From Octopus bimaculoides (lineage: Eukaryota): a stretch of DNA of 54,955 bases. The notes under the pieces were generated by a model. That model saw nothing but the letters and a program-made list of their open reading frames with translations. It was not told the origin of the DNA and ran no database searches. Position numbers and translations under genes: made by a program. Of this stretch, positions 1 through 12,902 are shown piece by piece; the stretch's first letter is position 1, and every line of letters begins with the position of its first letter. The DNA is taken from NCBI RefSeq assembly GCF_001194135.2, contig NC_068982.1:154989973-155044927 (forward strand). Reading direction: 5' to 3'.

Positions 1-64
<64 letters not shown>
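1..64. repeat. (TG)n microsatellite
   Basis: Direct dinucleotide run. Confidence 0.98.
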
Positions 65-67
<3 letters not shown>

Positions 68-144
68 TTTCCAATATAGGCACGATCAAAAATACTTGTG
101 CTTAAAAACATTCCAATTGTGAATATCTCGTCTGTTGTCCTCCA

Positions 145-320
145 CCTTTCGGCATTTATTCCAATTCTTTACATTCTGGGTTCATATCCCGCCGAAGCCA
201 ACATTGCCTGTTATTTCGGGGTTGATAAAATAAAGTACTAGTCAAGTACTGTGATTGGTGAAATCGAATAACCCCCTACCCCAAATTTTAGGCGTTGTGC
301 CTATGCTAGAACCAATTATA
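145..320 (+). mobile_element. SINE family A (tRNA-like head, Meta-like core), 5'-truncated and degenerate
   Basis: Matches 2717-2945 (gttcatatcccgccgaagcc...ggggttgataaaataaagtac). Confidence 0.65.
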
Positions 321-669
321 TGTAATGTGTCCTCCCTCGTTTTTTTTATAAGAAAAAAGTGGACAGTTATTTCATGGTACTATGGTTGCTATTTTTAGAA
401 GATGAAGCTACCATGTAGAGGCCGCAGTGTGACATTTAATATAAAGATCTGTACATAAAGTAACTCATGAGAAAATATTGATGTAAATGCTATTGAAAGT
501 ATGCAGTGTTATCAATAAATAATATTGTGAAAGGTTGCATACTTTAGCAAAAACTGGTCTTTTGAAAAATATTTTTAAGCCTCAAAGTAATCGATTGAAA
601 CCATAATTAGTTCCCAATAGTACTTTTGGTATTGTTGTTGCTGTTATTACTGCTGCCGCTGATGCTGGT

Positions 670-880
670 ACTATTTAATCCAAGGTTAGTCCTGATCACA
701 CAGAAATATGATGAAGTCATTCAAGCAATGGTTTTATTCAATTCTATTTGGACATACTGCATCTAAGACTACATTATCCAACATTTCTTTTCCCTTTTAC
801 AATTCAGTAGGATGCAATATGAGGAAGATCTGATTGCTGGTTTTAGCGGGACTAGGATAGCGACTACGTAGAGACCCTTA
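670..880 (-). mobile_element. Repeat family C fragment (retroposon with (CAA)n-type tail)
   Basis: Shares gcatctaagactacattatccaa...gatctgattgctg motifs with ~10 other copies in the window; orientation inferred from the tail of the 35350-35515 copy. Confidence 0.5.
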
Positions 881-1729
881 ATTTTGATAATGGTAATAAA
901 ATGCTGATATATATTTCAATAATTTTCTAGTGTTGATTGAAAGATAAATCTATGTAGTGATTTTTACTCTTTTTTTAATAATAGCTAGCGTAACTAGAGG
1001 AAATCCCACGTTCAATTATAATTTTGCTACATAAATTCATAGGTTTTTATATCGTTTATTTTTTTTGAAGATTTCCACTGAGTCATCGATTTAGTTAAAT
1101 TTGTTTGAACTGTAAAACTCGATTGGCGAAGACTTCAGAGAAAATACATTGTTGTATTTCTTCTGCCATTTTATGCCAAAGCCATCCCATTGGGGTCGAT
1201 GACATATAGTGCCAGTCAATATATGCCTCTCCAAACTTCTGGCCTTATGTCTATATTAAAAACAATGCTGTCAAAGATTTCGATTTGTCTTAGATTTCGT
1301 TCTATAGTTAGAATAGCTAACAGCGCAACATTGGAACACATGTTGCAACCAGCAGGTAGTGAATATTATACGAAATGCTACTTGCGATAACCTCTTCTCC
1401 TTTTGTAACGCATGGAAGTAATCGATCACAGTATTTCAAGTTAACGAAATATTAATTACTGCAGTGAACTATTGTACTTTCATACGATGCTTATTTACAG
1501 TTTTGTGAAGTGCTAATTGAGAGACAAGTGATTGTGTCATGAACAATCTGTAGTGTTAATGAGATACGTACTGTTGACCTATCGGTATGATGACAACTAG
1601 CATCTTCTCAACGCTTGTGACCTCGTTTTTGCTTCCTCCGTTTCTTTCGTTTTTCTTTCATTTTAATTTTTAACATAGGTACGGCCAGCAATTTTGAGAG
1701 GAGATTCTAAGTTTATTACATTGACCTCT

Positions 1730-1921
1730 AGCAGAACCCTTAGCACGCTGGACACAATGTTTAGCAGTATTTCTTCCGGCTCTTTACGTTCTGTGTTCAA
1801 ATCACGCCAAGGTCAATTTTGCTTTTTCTCTTTTCGAAGTCCATAAAATAAGGTACCAGTCAAGTACTGGGGTTTACTGCATTGACTAATACCCTCCCGC
1901 CACAATTTTATTATGTGGCGC

Positions 1922-1922
<1 letters not shown>
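1730..1922 (+). mobile_element. SINE family A copy ending in (ATT)n
   Basis: cagaacccttagcacgctgg...gttcaaatcacgccaaggtc...aaaataaggtaccagtcaagtactgggg. Confidence 0.7.

Positions 1923-1994
<72 letters not shown>
1922..1994. repeat. (TTA)n microsatellite, shared tail between SINE and LINE
   Basis: Direct. Confidence 0.97.
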
Positions 1995-1997
<3 letters not shown>

Positions 1998-2248
1998 TAG
2001 TTTTATTTTTATAACGTGCTTTCACTTCACTACCGAGCGCAGCTCTGTGCGCCTTGGGTATGTGCTGTGGTTTGCTGTGGTGCTCTTATGTTTACTGTAT
2101 TGAAAGTGTTTTGCGTAGAATGTGTGCAGTACCCAGTAGTGCAATTTTCTGTATGTTCCATGTTTTATATGTATGTGTTGTTGCGTTTTCGTTTTTTGGG
2201 TAGAGTACTGCTGTGAAATAGGCGTGTAGGATCGAAATGTGTTCCTCA
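1995..2248 (-). mobile_element. RLE-type non-LTR retrotransposon (R4/Dong-like) 3' end, family 1; runs into gap
   Basis: Minus strand encodes ...NIQKIALLGTAHILRKTLSIQ*, a typical RLE C-terminus, then a 3'UTR and (AAT)n tail. Confidence 0.85.
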
Positions 2249-2614
2249 NNNNNNNNNNNNNNNNNNNNNNNNNNNNNNNNNNNNNNNNNNNNNNNNNNNN
2301 NNNNNNNNNNNNNNNNNNNNNNNNNNNNNNNNNNNNNNNNNNNNNNNNNNNNNNNNNNNNNNNNNNNNNNNNNNNNNNNNNNNNNNNNNNNNNNNNNNNN
2401 NNNNNNNNNNNNNNNNNNNNNNNNNNNNNNNNNNNNNNNNNNNNNNNNNNNNNNNNNNNNNNNNNNNNNNNNNNNNNNNNNNNNNNNNNNNNNNNNNNNN
2501 NNNNNNNNNNNNNNNNNNNNNNNNNNNNNNNNNNNNNNNNNNNNNNNNNNNNNNNNNNNNNNNNNNNNNNNNNNNNNNNNNNNNNNNNNNNNNNNNNNNN
2601 NNNNNNNNNNNNNN

Positions 2615-2945
<331 letters not shown>

Positions 2946-3330
2946 GTACATGCCAATTTAGTTAGCAGGTATTTTATCGTGAGGTTTGATGACAATAAGT
3001 CTCCTCAAGTCTCAAGAATCTGTCTTAGAATTCTTGCAAAATATAGAATGATACATTTTTGCTGGTTGACAACACGAGTTTCATTTCCAATCTCTTTCAG
3101 TCTTTTAGGTAGCATTTTGGGTGTTGTGCCATGCGAACCAATTACTACAGAAATAATTGTTGTCTTGGTCTTCCACAGTCTCCTCAGTTCTCTGGCTAGA
3201 TCCTGATATTTCTCAATTTTTATTAATTCCTTGGTATCGACTCTGCAATCATAAGGAATTGAAAAGTCTATGATCGTACACTATTTGTTTATTTTGTCCT
3301 CTACGATCATATCCGCTTTCCTTGCACCAA
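2946..3330 (-). mobile_element. RLE-type LINE 3' fragment (distinct family)
   Basis: Minus strand: ...IIDFSIPYDCRVDTKELIKIEKYQDLARELRRLWKTKTTIISVVIG...FARILRQILET*. Confidence 0.8.
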
Positions 3331-3384
3331 CAGTAAGGTCAGTCTTTATGGGGAAATCCCACAAGACCTTGCATCATTATTATT

Positions 3385-3925
3385 GAGTGAGAGAGAAGAG
3401 CATGCCATCAAAGTGACCCTGGGGTACATGTATATGAAGCCCAATATACCTTTCATGGCTATCCGTCTGAAAAGGGTACACCAGGCACATGCATCACAAC
3501 CATATGTGCGCGACATGGTGATCTCATACCAACATACACGGCGCATGACTTTTTAAGTGGAGCCCAGTTAGAATTATCTTCGAGGCAAGTAGCGCATCCC
3601 GCTCAAAAGGTTTCTGAATAAGGGTTGTTTAAAGATGATGAACAAAACACTCATGTTTTCAAAACTGAATTATTCAAACACCGAAGAATCCCTCGCAACA
3701 CATAGCCATGGTATTCTTCCAATATGCCTGCTCGTGATCAAAGATGCGCATACCGTCAGCCACTAAGGGACACGCTAACTAGTTAACGTCAGACAACTGA
3801 CAAAAGCAAACCTGTGGTATTGAGCAGAATATTATCTGAAGCTCATCTTTTACACTAAGAAAAAAACATGCACATGATAACAATTCTAATCAGTTAAGAC
3901 CAGAAGCCATGACAGCCACTGCATG
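3385..3925 (-). mobile_element. ~550-bp non-coding TAA-associated element, copy 1
   Basis: Colinear with 20499-21052; ends ...ctctcactcaataataat on the minus strand. Confidence 0.8.
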
Positions 3926-5144
3926 ACCATCATCATTACCATCATCATCAATGTACAGCATGTCATTTAATGCGAATTTCAGAATCACCAGCTGGCTATT
4001 AATTTTAGCAGTATACCTATTTTAAAATATATCACTATACACGGTGCAAAAAAATGTCAGTATTAACCGAACGGCTGTTACATCGACCTCCTTAGACAAT
4101 ACATCTTAAACATGAAATAACAATAAAATGATTGTGCCTCTAGCAGTTATCTCTCACCTCTCGATATTTTTTCTCTCCTACTATTTTTTCTCTTCTATCT
4201 ATTCTATATCCGTTCGAAATTTCTCCCAAGCGTTACCCATAACAGTTCATTTGGCCTAACGGCCCCTAATGTGTGTCTTCGTCAATTGTTTATTCTGTAC
4301 GTCCACTCGGGTGTCATTTGTTCGTTCAGAGTCCTAACTCTCCTTAAATTTTATATTTTAAACTTCTGGATGCTGCTGTCTTATGAAGTTTTCCTGTCTT
4401 GTCGTTGAAAGCTCGAAACAGGTAGTAATAAACAGTCGACAACTGAGGAAGAGTTAGACTTCCTTTGGTATTTTGTCCTGTACTTATCTGTGTTTACGTA
4501 TTTTTCCTGTACTTAATGTATATTCTTTTNNNNNNNNNNNNNNNNNNNNNNNNNNNNNNNNNNNNNNNNNNNNNNNNNNNNNNNNNNNNNNNNNNNNNNN
4601 NNNNNNNNNNNNNNNNNNNNNNNNNNNNNNNNNNNNNNNNNNNNNNNNNNNNNNNNNNNNNNNNNNNNNNNNNNNNNNNNNNNNNNNNNNNNNNNNNNNN
4701 NNNNNNNNNNNNNNNNNNNNNNNNNNNNNNNNNNNNNNNNNNNNNNNNNNNNNNNNNNNNNNNNNNNNNNNNNNNNNNNNNNNNNNNNNNNNNNNNNNNN
4801 NNNNNNNNNNNNNNNNNNNNNNNNNNNNNNNNTTTTGTACGACACTATTATTCTTTCCATTCTTTCATTCTTTCCTTCTTTCTATCAGCCCCTTCACACT
4901 TACTTCGTTCATTCCACCCTTCGTTCTTCCGTTCTCCCTCTCTCCCATTTCCTGGCCTTCTCTTCATACTCACTTCCCCCTCCTCTTCCACTTCACTCTG
5001 TCCCTTTCAGTTTTTCGCCCCTCCTTAATTCTTCTCTCCCTCTGCCTCTACCTCTCTCCCCATGTGACCGGTGTTCGGCCAAGCCTGACCTTTCTTTCTT
5101 GGTTCGACTACCATCCGTGCAACATCTATATTCTTCCCTGTGCC

Positions 5145-5255
5145 TGTCAAATATTATGTCCCTGCTGTAAGGCTTTACTTCCACACACGCCAACTTAATT
5201 TAATTCGCACTTAGTCGAAAGACGCCCGTTGTTAATGTCCTGTTATTTGTATTTT
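5145..5255. repeat. ~110-bp module duplicated at 6427-6545 (possible Penelope-like LTR piece)
   Basis: ccctgtgcctgt...gctgtaaggcttta.ttcca.a.acgcca.cttaattt.attcg..cttagtcgaaagac shared by both copies. Confidence 0.7.
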
Positions 5256-5451
5256 GTTAACAAATGATCTAAACGACTAGGTACGCTATGTAAGTGCTGT
5301 AACGGATTACTAGGGCTCCAAGGTTATAGCCGAGACGGTAGTTATGGAACAATTGCAGATTTCCGATATAGCGGATATATAATTGTTAAAGAGGATAAAA
5401 AAAACATTAAGGCAAGGCAAACATCTCTAGTCATATACATTTTCCCTATTT

Positions 5452-5507
5452 GTCTCTGATGACAGAATATTCCATACTATGGGATATCCCGGAAACAGCT
5501 GTAAGAC
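5452..5507 (+). ncRNA. Minimal type I hammerhead ribozyme motif
   Basis: gtct-CTGATGA-[stem II 5463-5491]-GAAA-C(AGCT)G-TA-agac; stem I gtct/agac, palindromic stem III, predicted GUA cleavage after 5503. Confidence 0.8.
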
Positions 5508-5584
5508 TTTCAATTTTTTCCCATCATAATGATGTATATGACTTGAGATGTTTGCCTTTAAAGTTAGTTGTCCTCTTTAACAAT

Positions 5585-5653
<69 letters not shown>

Positions 5654-5669
5654 GCATGCATACATACAT

Positions 5670-5710
<41 letters not shown>

Positions 5711-5720
5711 AGAGAGAGAG
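5585..5720. repeat. (TAGA)n and (GA)n microsatellites
   Basis: Direct. Confidence 0.95.
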
Positions 5721-6426
5721 AAAAATATAGATATATCAAATATTATGAAAACTATACAGCATAAACCTTGCATCCAAAGGCTATATCATAATTATCAAAT
5801 AACAGTTAAGACCAGCTCCTCTTGCGAAGGGGTAATAATCTCAAGATTCAGGAATTCTCCAAAGTTGACATGTCTTTAAAGGAAAAGGCAAGCTTGTTAT
5901 TCGGGGATAAGAGAACAGACGGGTGTCTGAATAAATAGCCATCATTGGTACGACAAACGCCCAACATAATCTCCGGTAGCTCCCCACCCCCCAAAAAGGG
6001 TTGAACACATTTATGACAAACAAACACACACACACACTGGCTTTACTCCTGTCACATCTAGACACCAGCTCCCTGTCCAGCCACGCAGTGAAAGAAATTC
6101 CCCTTTCTCAAGGAAATGTTGTTGCTAAGTAACTGATATTCTTTGATAATATTCTTTAACAACACCATATGACCGGCCTCGACCAATAGCAGCCTATCTT
6201 TCGGTAGACATTTTGAACTTCCTCGCCACTGGAAAGTACAACACTGCCGAAAGGTGCTCATACGTTTGTGGCAGCTAGCCGACAGCTGATGAAGGGGATG
6301 GGTCGCAGTCCTAGCCTTCTGTGAAATGAGAAGAAGGAGTGGGGAATGAAGGTGAGAAGCAGCAACAACAGCTGCTGTAGAAGAAGAACAACAACAACAA
6401 CATATGTATATAACATCGTTATTCCT

Positions 6427-6545
6427 CCCTGTGCCTGTGAAACCTTGTATCCCGGCTGTAAGGCTTTATTTCCATATACGCCAGCTTAATTTTATTCGTC
6501 CTTAGTCGAAAGACATCTGTAGTTTTGTCCTGTTATTATTCCTAC
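6427..6545. repeat. Second copy of the 5145-5255 module
   Basis: Direct alignment by eye. Confidence 0.7.
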
Positions 6546-7375
6546 TGTATTTGTGTAACATTGTTGGTTTTTTTTTCGTCCTTGTTTTTGTATACATTCG
6601 CTGCTTTCTTCCAAAGAATCTAATGCTCTTAGCTTAGTTTATCCTTGGGGCTGGCAAAATTGGAGCAATATCGAGAATAACCAGCCGAAATTGCAAAGAT
6701 AATCTGGATCTCGACTGAAGAGAGAAAACTCCGAATGACCTGTCCGTGTTTTCTTTGCCCCTTTCTTGTATCACCTAACTGTCNNNNNNNNNNNNNNNNN
6801 NNNNNNNNNNNNNNNNNNNNNNNNNNNNNNNNNNNNNNNNNNNNNNNNNNNNNNNNNNNNNNNNNNNNNNNNNNNNNNNNNNNNNNNNNNNNNNNNNNNN
6901 NNNNNNNNNNNNNNNNNNNNNNNNNNNNNNNNNNNNNNNNNNNNNNNNNNNNNNNNNNNNNNNNNNNNNNNNNNNNNNNNNNNNNNNNNNNNNNNNNNNN
7001 NNNNNNNNNNNNNNNNNNNNNNNNNNNNNNNNNNNNNNNNNNNNNNNNNNNNNNNNNNNNNNNNNNNNNNNNNNNNNNNNNNNNNNNNNNNNNNNNNNNN
7101 NNNNNNNNNNNNNNNNNNNNNNNNNNNNNNNNNNNNNNNNNNNNNNNNNNNNNNNNNNNNNNNNNNNNNNNNNNNNNNNNNNNNNNNNNNNNNNNNNNNN
7201 NNNNNNNNNNNNNNNNNNNNNNNNNNNNNNNNNNNNNNNNNNNNNNNNNNNNNNNNNNNNNNNNNNNNNNNNNNNNNNNNNNNNNNNNNNNNNNNNNNNN
7301 NNNNNNNNNNNNNNNNNNNNNNNNNNNNNNNNNNNNNNNNNNNNNNNNNNNNNNNNNNNNNNNNNNNNNNNNNNN

Positions 7376-7439
<64 letters not shown>

Positions 7440-8024
7440 TGTGTGTGTACATAAATGTTCAGTTGAATTAGGTACTTAAGTTGAGGCACCAAGTATTATC
7501 CTCACAGCTCGTAGTAAGGTGAATAAACAGCAAATAATTGAACAATGCAAGCATTACATCAATTTGAAATACATCGCCATCTTCGGATGCAAAATATAGG
7601 TTTTCAGCAGACAGGATACTCCATTATAATTTTTAGCAAATATTTCATAAGAACCAGAGAATGAAAGAAACCAATGCTGCTACTATTGTAGCAGAATAAA
7701 CTTCAACTACAATTTGGAATGGCAGAAGAGAATAACAGTGGGGGGTCATGAGATGGTAATTTAGCTACAATTTTTATCTATCCCCTTATCACCATCAAAA
7801 GATCTAACGCAGCTAGTACACAGCGTCTACTAAGAATTAAAACCACTAGGAGTTGACAGTTAAGTTCTAGCTGCTTATGATAAATTAGATATTGTCAGAT
7901 ATTCACCCAAACTTTAATTCACTATGGTTATAAATTCCATTGACCACGTAAAGAAACAAATCTCAAAAGTCAGTCAGATAGTGATAAATGACCAGAAATA
8001 GGTAAGGTAGAGGTGACATAAACT

Positions 8025-8611
8025 CTTCTATTATCATCTCGATGCAGTAAAGGAGATCTTCTGCAACTGAAACCAGAGTGTCTTTTTGGTCAGCTGAAAG
8101 CAGTTTTGGCACAAATTTGGCAGACACGCGTCTCAAACCCAAATCTTCAGTGATAATGGACCGAACTGAACCGTAACTAATCTGCACATCTTCTGATGAC
8201 TCACGGATGGTGACCCCACACAACTGCACGCACATCTGCGATGTCTTTCTCAGTCCTGCCGGTTGTGAGTCTCCCAGAACCTTCGCCAATATCGACATTT
8301 TTCGGTCATTTTAGAAACGCCTGAATTACTGGTACACTTGTTTGCGGCTCATACACTCCTCTCCATACATTTTCTGCAACTTTGATTAGGTTTCTGAACA
8401 GGTATCGCTATGACAACTTCCTCTGTCATGGTCAATGTGACGATCACACGCTACACACCTTCCCTCCAAACAGCGAAAGTGAGCTAGAACGTTAAAACTT
8501 AGTGCGCATGCACAACAGAGTTCAAGGTCAATCTGTACCAAGCTGCTTTAGTCTGTGTGCTTTAGCTTCGTTACTATTGCAACAATCCTGATACTTATTG
8601 ATCAGGCTTCA
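8025..8611 (-). mobile_element. Mariner transposon relic: 5' TIR plus N-terminal transposase
   Basis: TIR rc gaagcctgatcaataagtatcagg; translation ...SYGSVRSIITEDLGLRRVSAKFVPKLLSADQK. Confidence 0.85.
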
Positions 8612-8834
8612 TACATACATGCAAACATATATACAAACACATATACATATTTATATATACACGTTTGTATATCTAGAAGCATGGATGTAATAAAATATAT
8701 ATTTGATAGTAAATAATACAAGACATTTCTAAAGAAATGTGTTTTATTTTTTCTTGACAGCATTTCAAAGTTGTTTTTCTTTTATTCAAACAATCTAAAT
8801 GTTTTGTATAAACTGTACAACACATATCCATATG

Positions 8835-9068
8835 TATGAGTGTTCGTTTGCGTCTGTGTTTGTTCCTCTACCATCGCTTGACAACCAATCTTGGTGTGTT
8901 TATGTCCCCGTAACTTAGTGGTTCGGTAAAGAAAATAAAACCGATAGAATAAGTACGAGGCTTACAAAGAATAAGTCCAGGGCTCGATTTCTTCGACTAA
9001 AAGGCAGTGCTCCAGCATGGTCACAGTCAAATGACTGAAACAAGTAATAGAATAAAAGAAAAAGAATA
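8835..9068 (+). mobile_element. SINE family D, 3' half
   Basis: catcgcttgacaacc...gatagaataagtacgaggcttacaaagaataagtcc...gtgctccagcatggtcacagtcaaatgactgaaacaag; matches 31043-31230 rc. Confidence 0.8.
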
Positions 9069-9084
9069 CATGCATATATATGTA

Positions 9085-9414
<330 letters not shown>

Positions 9415-9539
9415 GGTGTTCTCGGAAGCAATGCACGTTACCAAAATTTTCAACTCGAGGCAAACTACTTCAAATCCTTGTTAGAGTATCCGTGTAAATG
9501 GAATTGGGACAGGTAAGCTTGTGCTAGTATCGAGTCGTA

Positions 9540-11097
9540 TAATGCATAATAACGAGGAGAAGAATTTCTTATTATCTATTGTGCAATGATATACGTATTA
9601 AACGCTTTTAAAATATCATATTTGGTTATAGAACGAGGAAAGTCAGTCCTCCGAACCCAAAACCTGTGCATCTCCCCCATTCCACACAAAGAATGTTACA
9701 AGTACCTAGGCATAGACGAAAATGCATCATATGGAGGCACTGTGAATAACGATAGACTGACCCGAGAATATTACACCAGACTTAGGGAAATATGGCAGTC
9801 GAAAGTCTCCTCTTACAAAACAATATCCCACAATCCATTTGCCGTACCAGTACTCATCCCAACATTTGGGATACTTGATTGGTCTGTAGAGGAAATCCAC
9901 TCCATAGATATCAAAACCCGGAAAATCCTGACAAAAGCTGGGAACTTCCACAGAAACAATGGTATTGACAGGCCCTACCTAAGAAGAAATGAAAGTGGTA
10001 GAGGCCTGAGATCAGTGCCGACGGCCTTCGAATGCCATATGGTATCACTCAGGCAGCACCTGCTAAACAACAGCAGCAAAAATAAATATATTAATGCAGT
10101 GCTGAAAAATGAAGAGCAACATTGTACGAGTTGGCAGTGAACTCCTCAAGAAACACTCTCTTCCTGATGATCTCCTATACAGCTCCAAAACAGCTGGGCT
10201 CTCATACCTCAGAGAAGAGTCTGGATGGAAAGCATTCAGCATACAAAAAAAGACCATGCATGGGTATGTTACCCGGAAGCTCGGAGAAGTATAATTGAAA
10301 CGAAGCGCAGCCTCTCTTTGACACAAGACCACTCACTACATCACATCACACTTTGAAGGCTATGCGTTTGCAATCCAGGAACAGGAGATTTCCACAAAGT
10401 ACCTGGTGAACAAGAGAGACGATGACACTCTTGTAATCCCAAGGTGCAACTGCATGTATAGCCTATGTCATGTTTCTGTGGAAGACATTACGCATGTGAT
10501 CAGCAGCTATCCTAAAATGCCTATATGGCATCGTGTTGTTGTTAAAACAATTTACAATGCCATCCACAAAAAAGACTGTCCTGAAATAAACTGAGAAAAT
10601 CCCTCTGTTATGGAATCCATTCATAAACACCAACTCAAGGAATACTGGTGGAATATTCCCATCAAAATTTCTGTCAAATGTAAGCATAACAGGCCGGATA
10701 TTGTTGTTTCGGACAAAGAGGCAAATGTATCATAGAGGATAGCTGCCCTGCAGATATATATATCTCTTTGAAAATCAAAGAAAAAGAGGATATATATGGA
10801 CAACTGCTTCAAAACCTCCAGTTTCTATATCCAGACTATGAATTCATATTCATACCAATAATAATTGGAGCACTAGGTTTTGTTAGCAAATGCTTAACGG
10901 AGAATCTGGATAAACTGGGATTTTCAGAAGGAGAAATTGACCGGCTGATTTGTATATTACAAGTGCAATCTGTGAGTGGAAAAGTAAAAATATCCAAGAC
11001 TTTTCTCAATGTGAATTTGTGTGTTAACTACATCCCAAAGATGGTGCCTTGTATCTTCGTTGGAAACCGGCTCCCTCCTCAGTGGAAAATTTATAAT
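9540..11097 (+). mobile_element. RLE-type LINE (R4/Dong-like), 5'-truncated and decayed: RT C-terminus, Zn-knuckle and RLE
   Basis: YKYLGIDE; FAIQEQEI; RPDIVVSDK-like and PIIIGALG motifs across frameshifts. Confidence 0.88.
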
Positions 11098-11969
11098 AAT
11101 TAAAAAATAGAAGTGGCATACATACATACGTACATGTGTATGTATTGTAAAGAAGCATGCATTTCTAAACGCTTAAAGACATGTTTGCAACTCATGCAGG
11201 CACATTAACTTAACCGAAAAACTATTGCAACGCGCACACGTGCACAGTATTATATAAACTACACATACATATATATATATATATATATANNNNNNNNNNN
11301 NNNNNNNNNNNNNNNNNNNNNNNNNNNNNNNNNNNNNNNNNNNNNNNNNNNNNNNNNNNNNNNNNNNNNNNNNNNNNNNNNNNNNNNNNNNNNNNNNNNN
11401 NNNNNNNNNNNNNNNNNNNNNNNNNNNNNNNNNNNNNNNNNNNNNNNNNNNNNNNNNNNNNNNNNNNNNNNNNNNNNNNNNNNNNNNNNNNNNNNNNNNN
11501 NNNNNNNNNNNNNNNNNNNNNNNNNNNNNNNNNNNNNNNNNNNNNNNNNNNNNNNNNNNNNNNNNNNNNNNNNNNNNNNNNNNNNNNNNNNNNNNNNNNN
11601 NNNNNNNNNNNNNNNNNNNNNNNNNNNNNNNNNNNNNNNNNNNNNNNNNNNNNNNNNNNNNNNNNNNNNNNNNNNNNNNNNNNNNNNNNNNNNNNNNNNN
11701 NNNNNNNNNNNNNNNNNNNNNNNNNNNNNNNNNNNNNNNNNNNNNNNNNNNNNNNNNNNNNNNNNNNNNNNNNNNNNNNNNNNNNNNNNNNNNNNNNNNN
11801 NNNNNNNNNNNNNNNNNNNNNNNNNNNNNNNNNNNNNNNNNNNNNNNNNNNNNNNNNNNNNNNNNNNNNNNNNNNNNNNNNNNNNNNNNNNNNNNNNNNN
11901 NNNNNNNNNNNNNNNNNNNNNNNNNNNNNNNNNNNNNNNNNNNNNATATATATATATATATATATATAT

Positions 11970-12128
11970 ACGGCGGGCTTCTTTCAGTTTCCGTCTACCA
12001 AATCCACTCACAAAGCTTTAGTCGGCCCCTGACTACAGTAGAAGACACTTGGCCAAGGTGCCACACAGTGGGACTGAACCGGAACCATGTGGTTGGTAAG
12101 CAAGCTACGTACCACACAGCTACACCTA
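11970..12128 (-). mobile_element. SINE family D, 5' half (tRNA-like head plus CORE-like accttggccaagtgtcttct)
   Basis: rc of ggctgtgtggtacgtagcttgctt...ggttcagtcccactgtgtggcaccttggccaagtgtcttc. Confidence 0.85.
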
Positions 12129-12498
12129 TTATTAATTTATATATATAGATGATATTTAGCAGAAGCAAGTGACTGTCTCAAAGGCCGACAGTTTTACTCG
12201 CTGGCATTTGTCTATTATTCTTGTGCCAATGTACGAAACTTTCGACCTTTGAATCACTCCTTTGCTTTTGCTTAATATTGATAGAAATATATGCCTACTC
12301 GTGTTTTGAGTTCTATGTTTCCTGTTTGCATCACCAAAACTATATGCATCTGTGTGTGTGTGTATGTGTGTGTTGAAAAAAGTTGAAAATGCACAGGGAT
12401 TCGTTTAGAAGTTTTGTTTTCAAATTTTTAAAGACTTAACCAGTTTCATAGATTTCTCTAGTTTTCACAAGTTTAGATGGAGCTATGCTGCAACTGCA

Positions 12499-12830
12499 GA
12501 GAGAGAGAGAGAGAGGTGGGACGAGAGAGAGACAGAGAGAGAGAGAGTCACAGAGAGAGAGAGAGACAGACAGAGAGAGAGAGACAGAGACAGACAGATA
12601 GACAGACAGACAGAGAGAGACAGAGAGAGAGAGATATACAGAGAGAGAGAGACAGAGAGACAGAGAGACAGAGAAAGCGATATCATAATAATATATATAC
12701 TATTATATATATTGTAAATATGTATGTGTAAATATTTATTGTAAATATGTATGAGTAAATATTTATGGGTGTGTGTGCGTGCGTGTATGTGGAGGGTGTT
12801 TGCATATATGTGTGTATGTATGTATGTAGT

Positions 12831-12890
<60 letters not shown>
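12499..12890. repeat. Compound (GA)n/(GACA)n/(TA,TG)n low-complexity tract
   Basis: Direct. Confidence 0.9.
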
Positions 12891-12892
<2 letters not shown>

Positions 12893-12902
12893 GATTACAC
12901 AT

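Noticed and set aside
6286-6335. CTGATGA-agggg...ccttctgt-GAAA
   Set aside because: Stem II out of register and no stem I partner
12428-12495. Minus-strand acceptor after (CT)n with an open phase-2 frame
   Set aside because: Weak donor (gttaag), and the tract is a microsatellite
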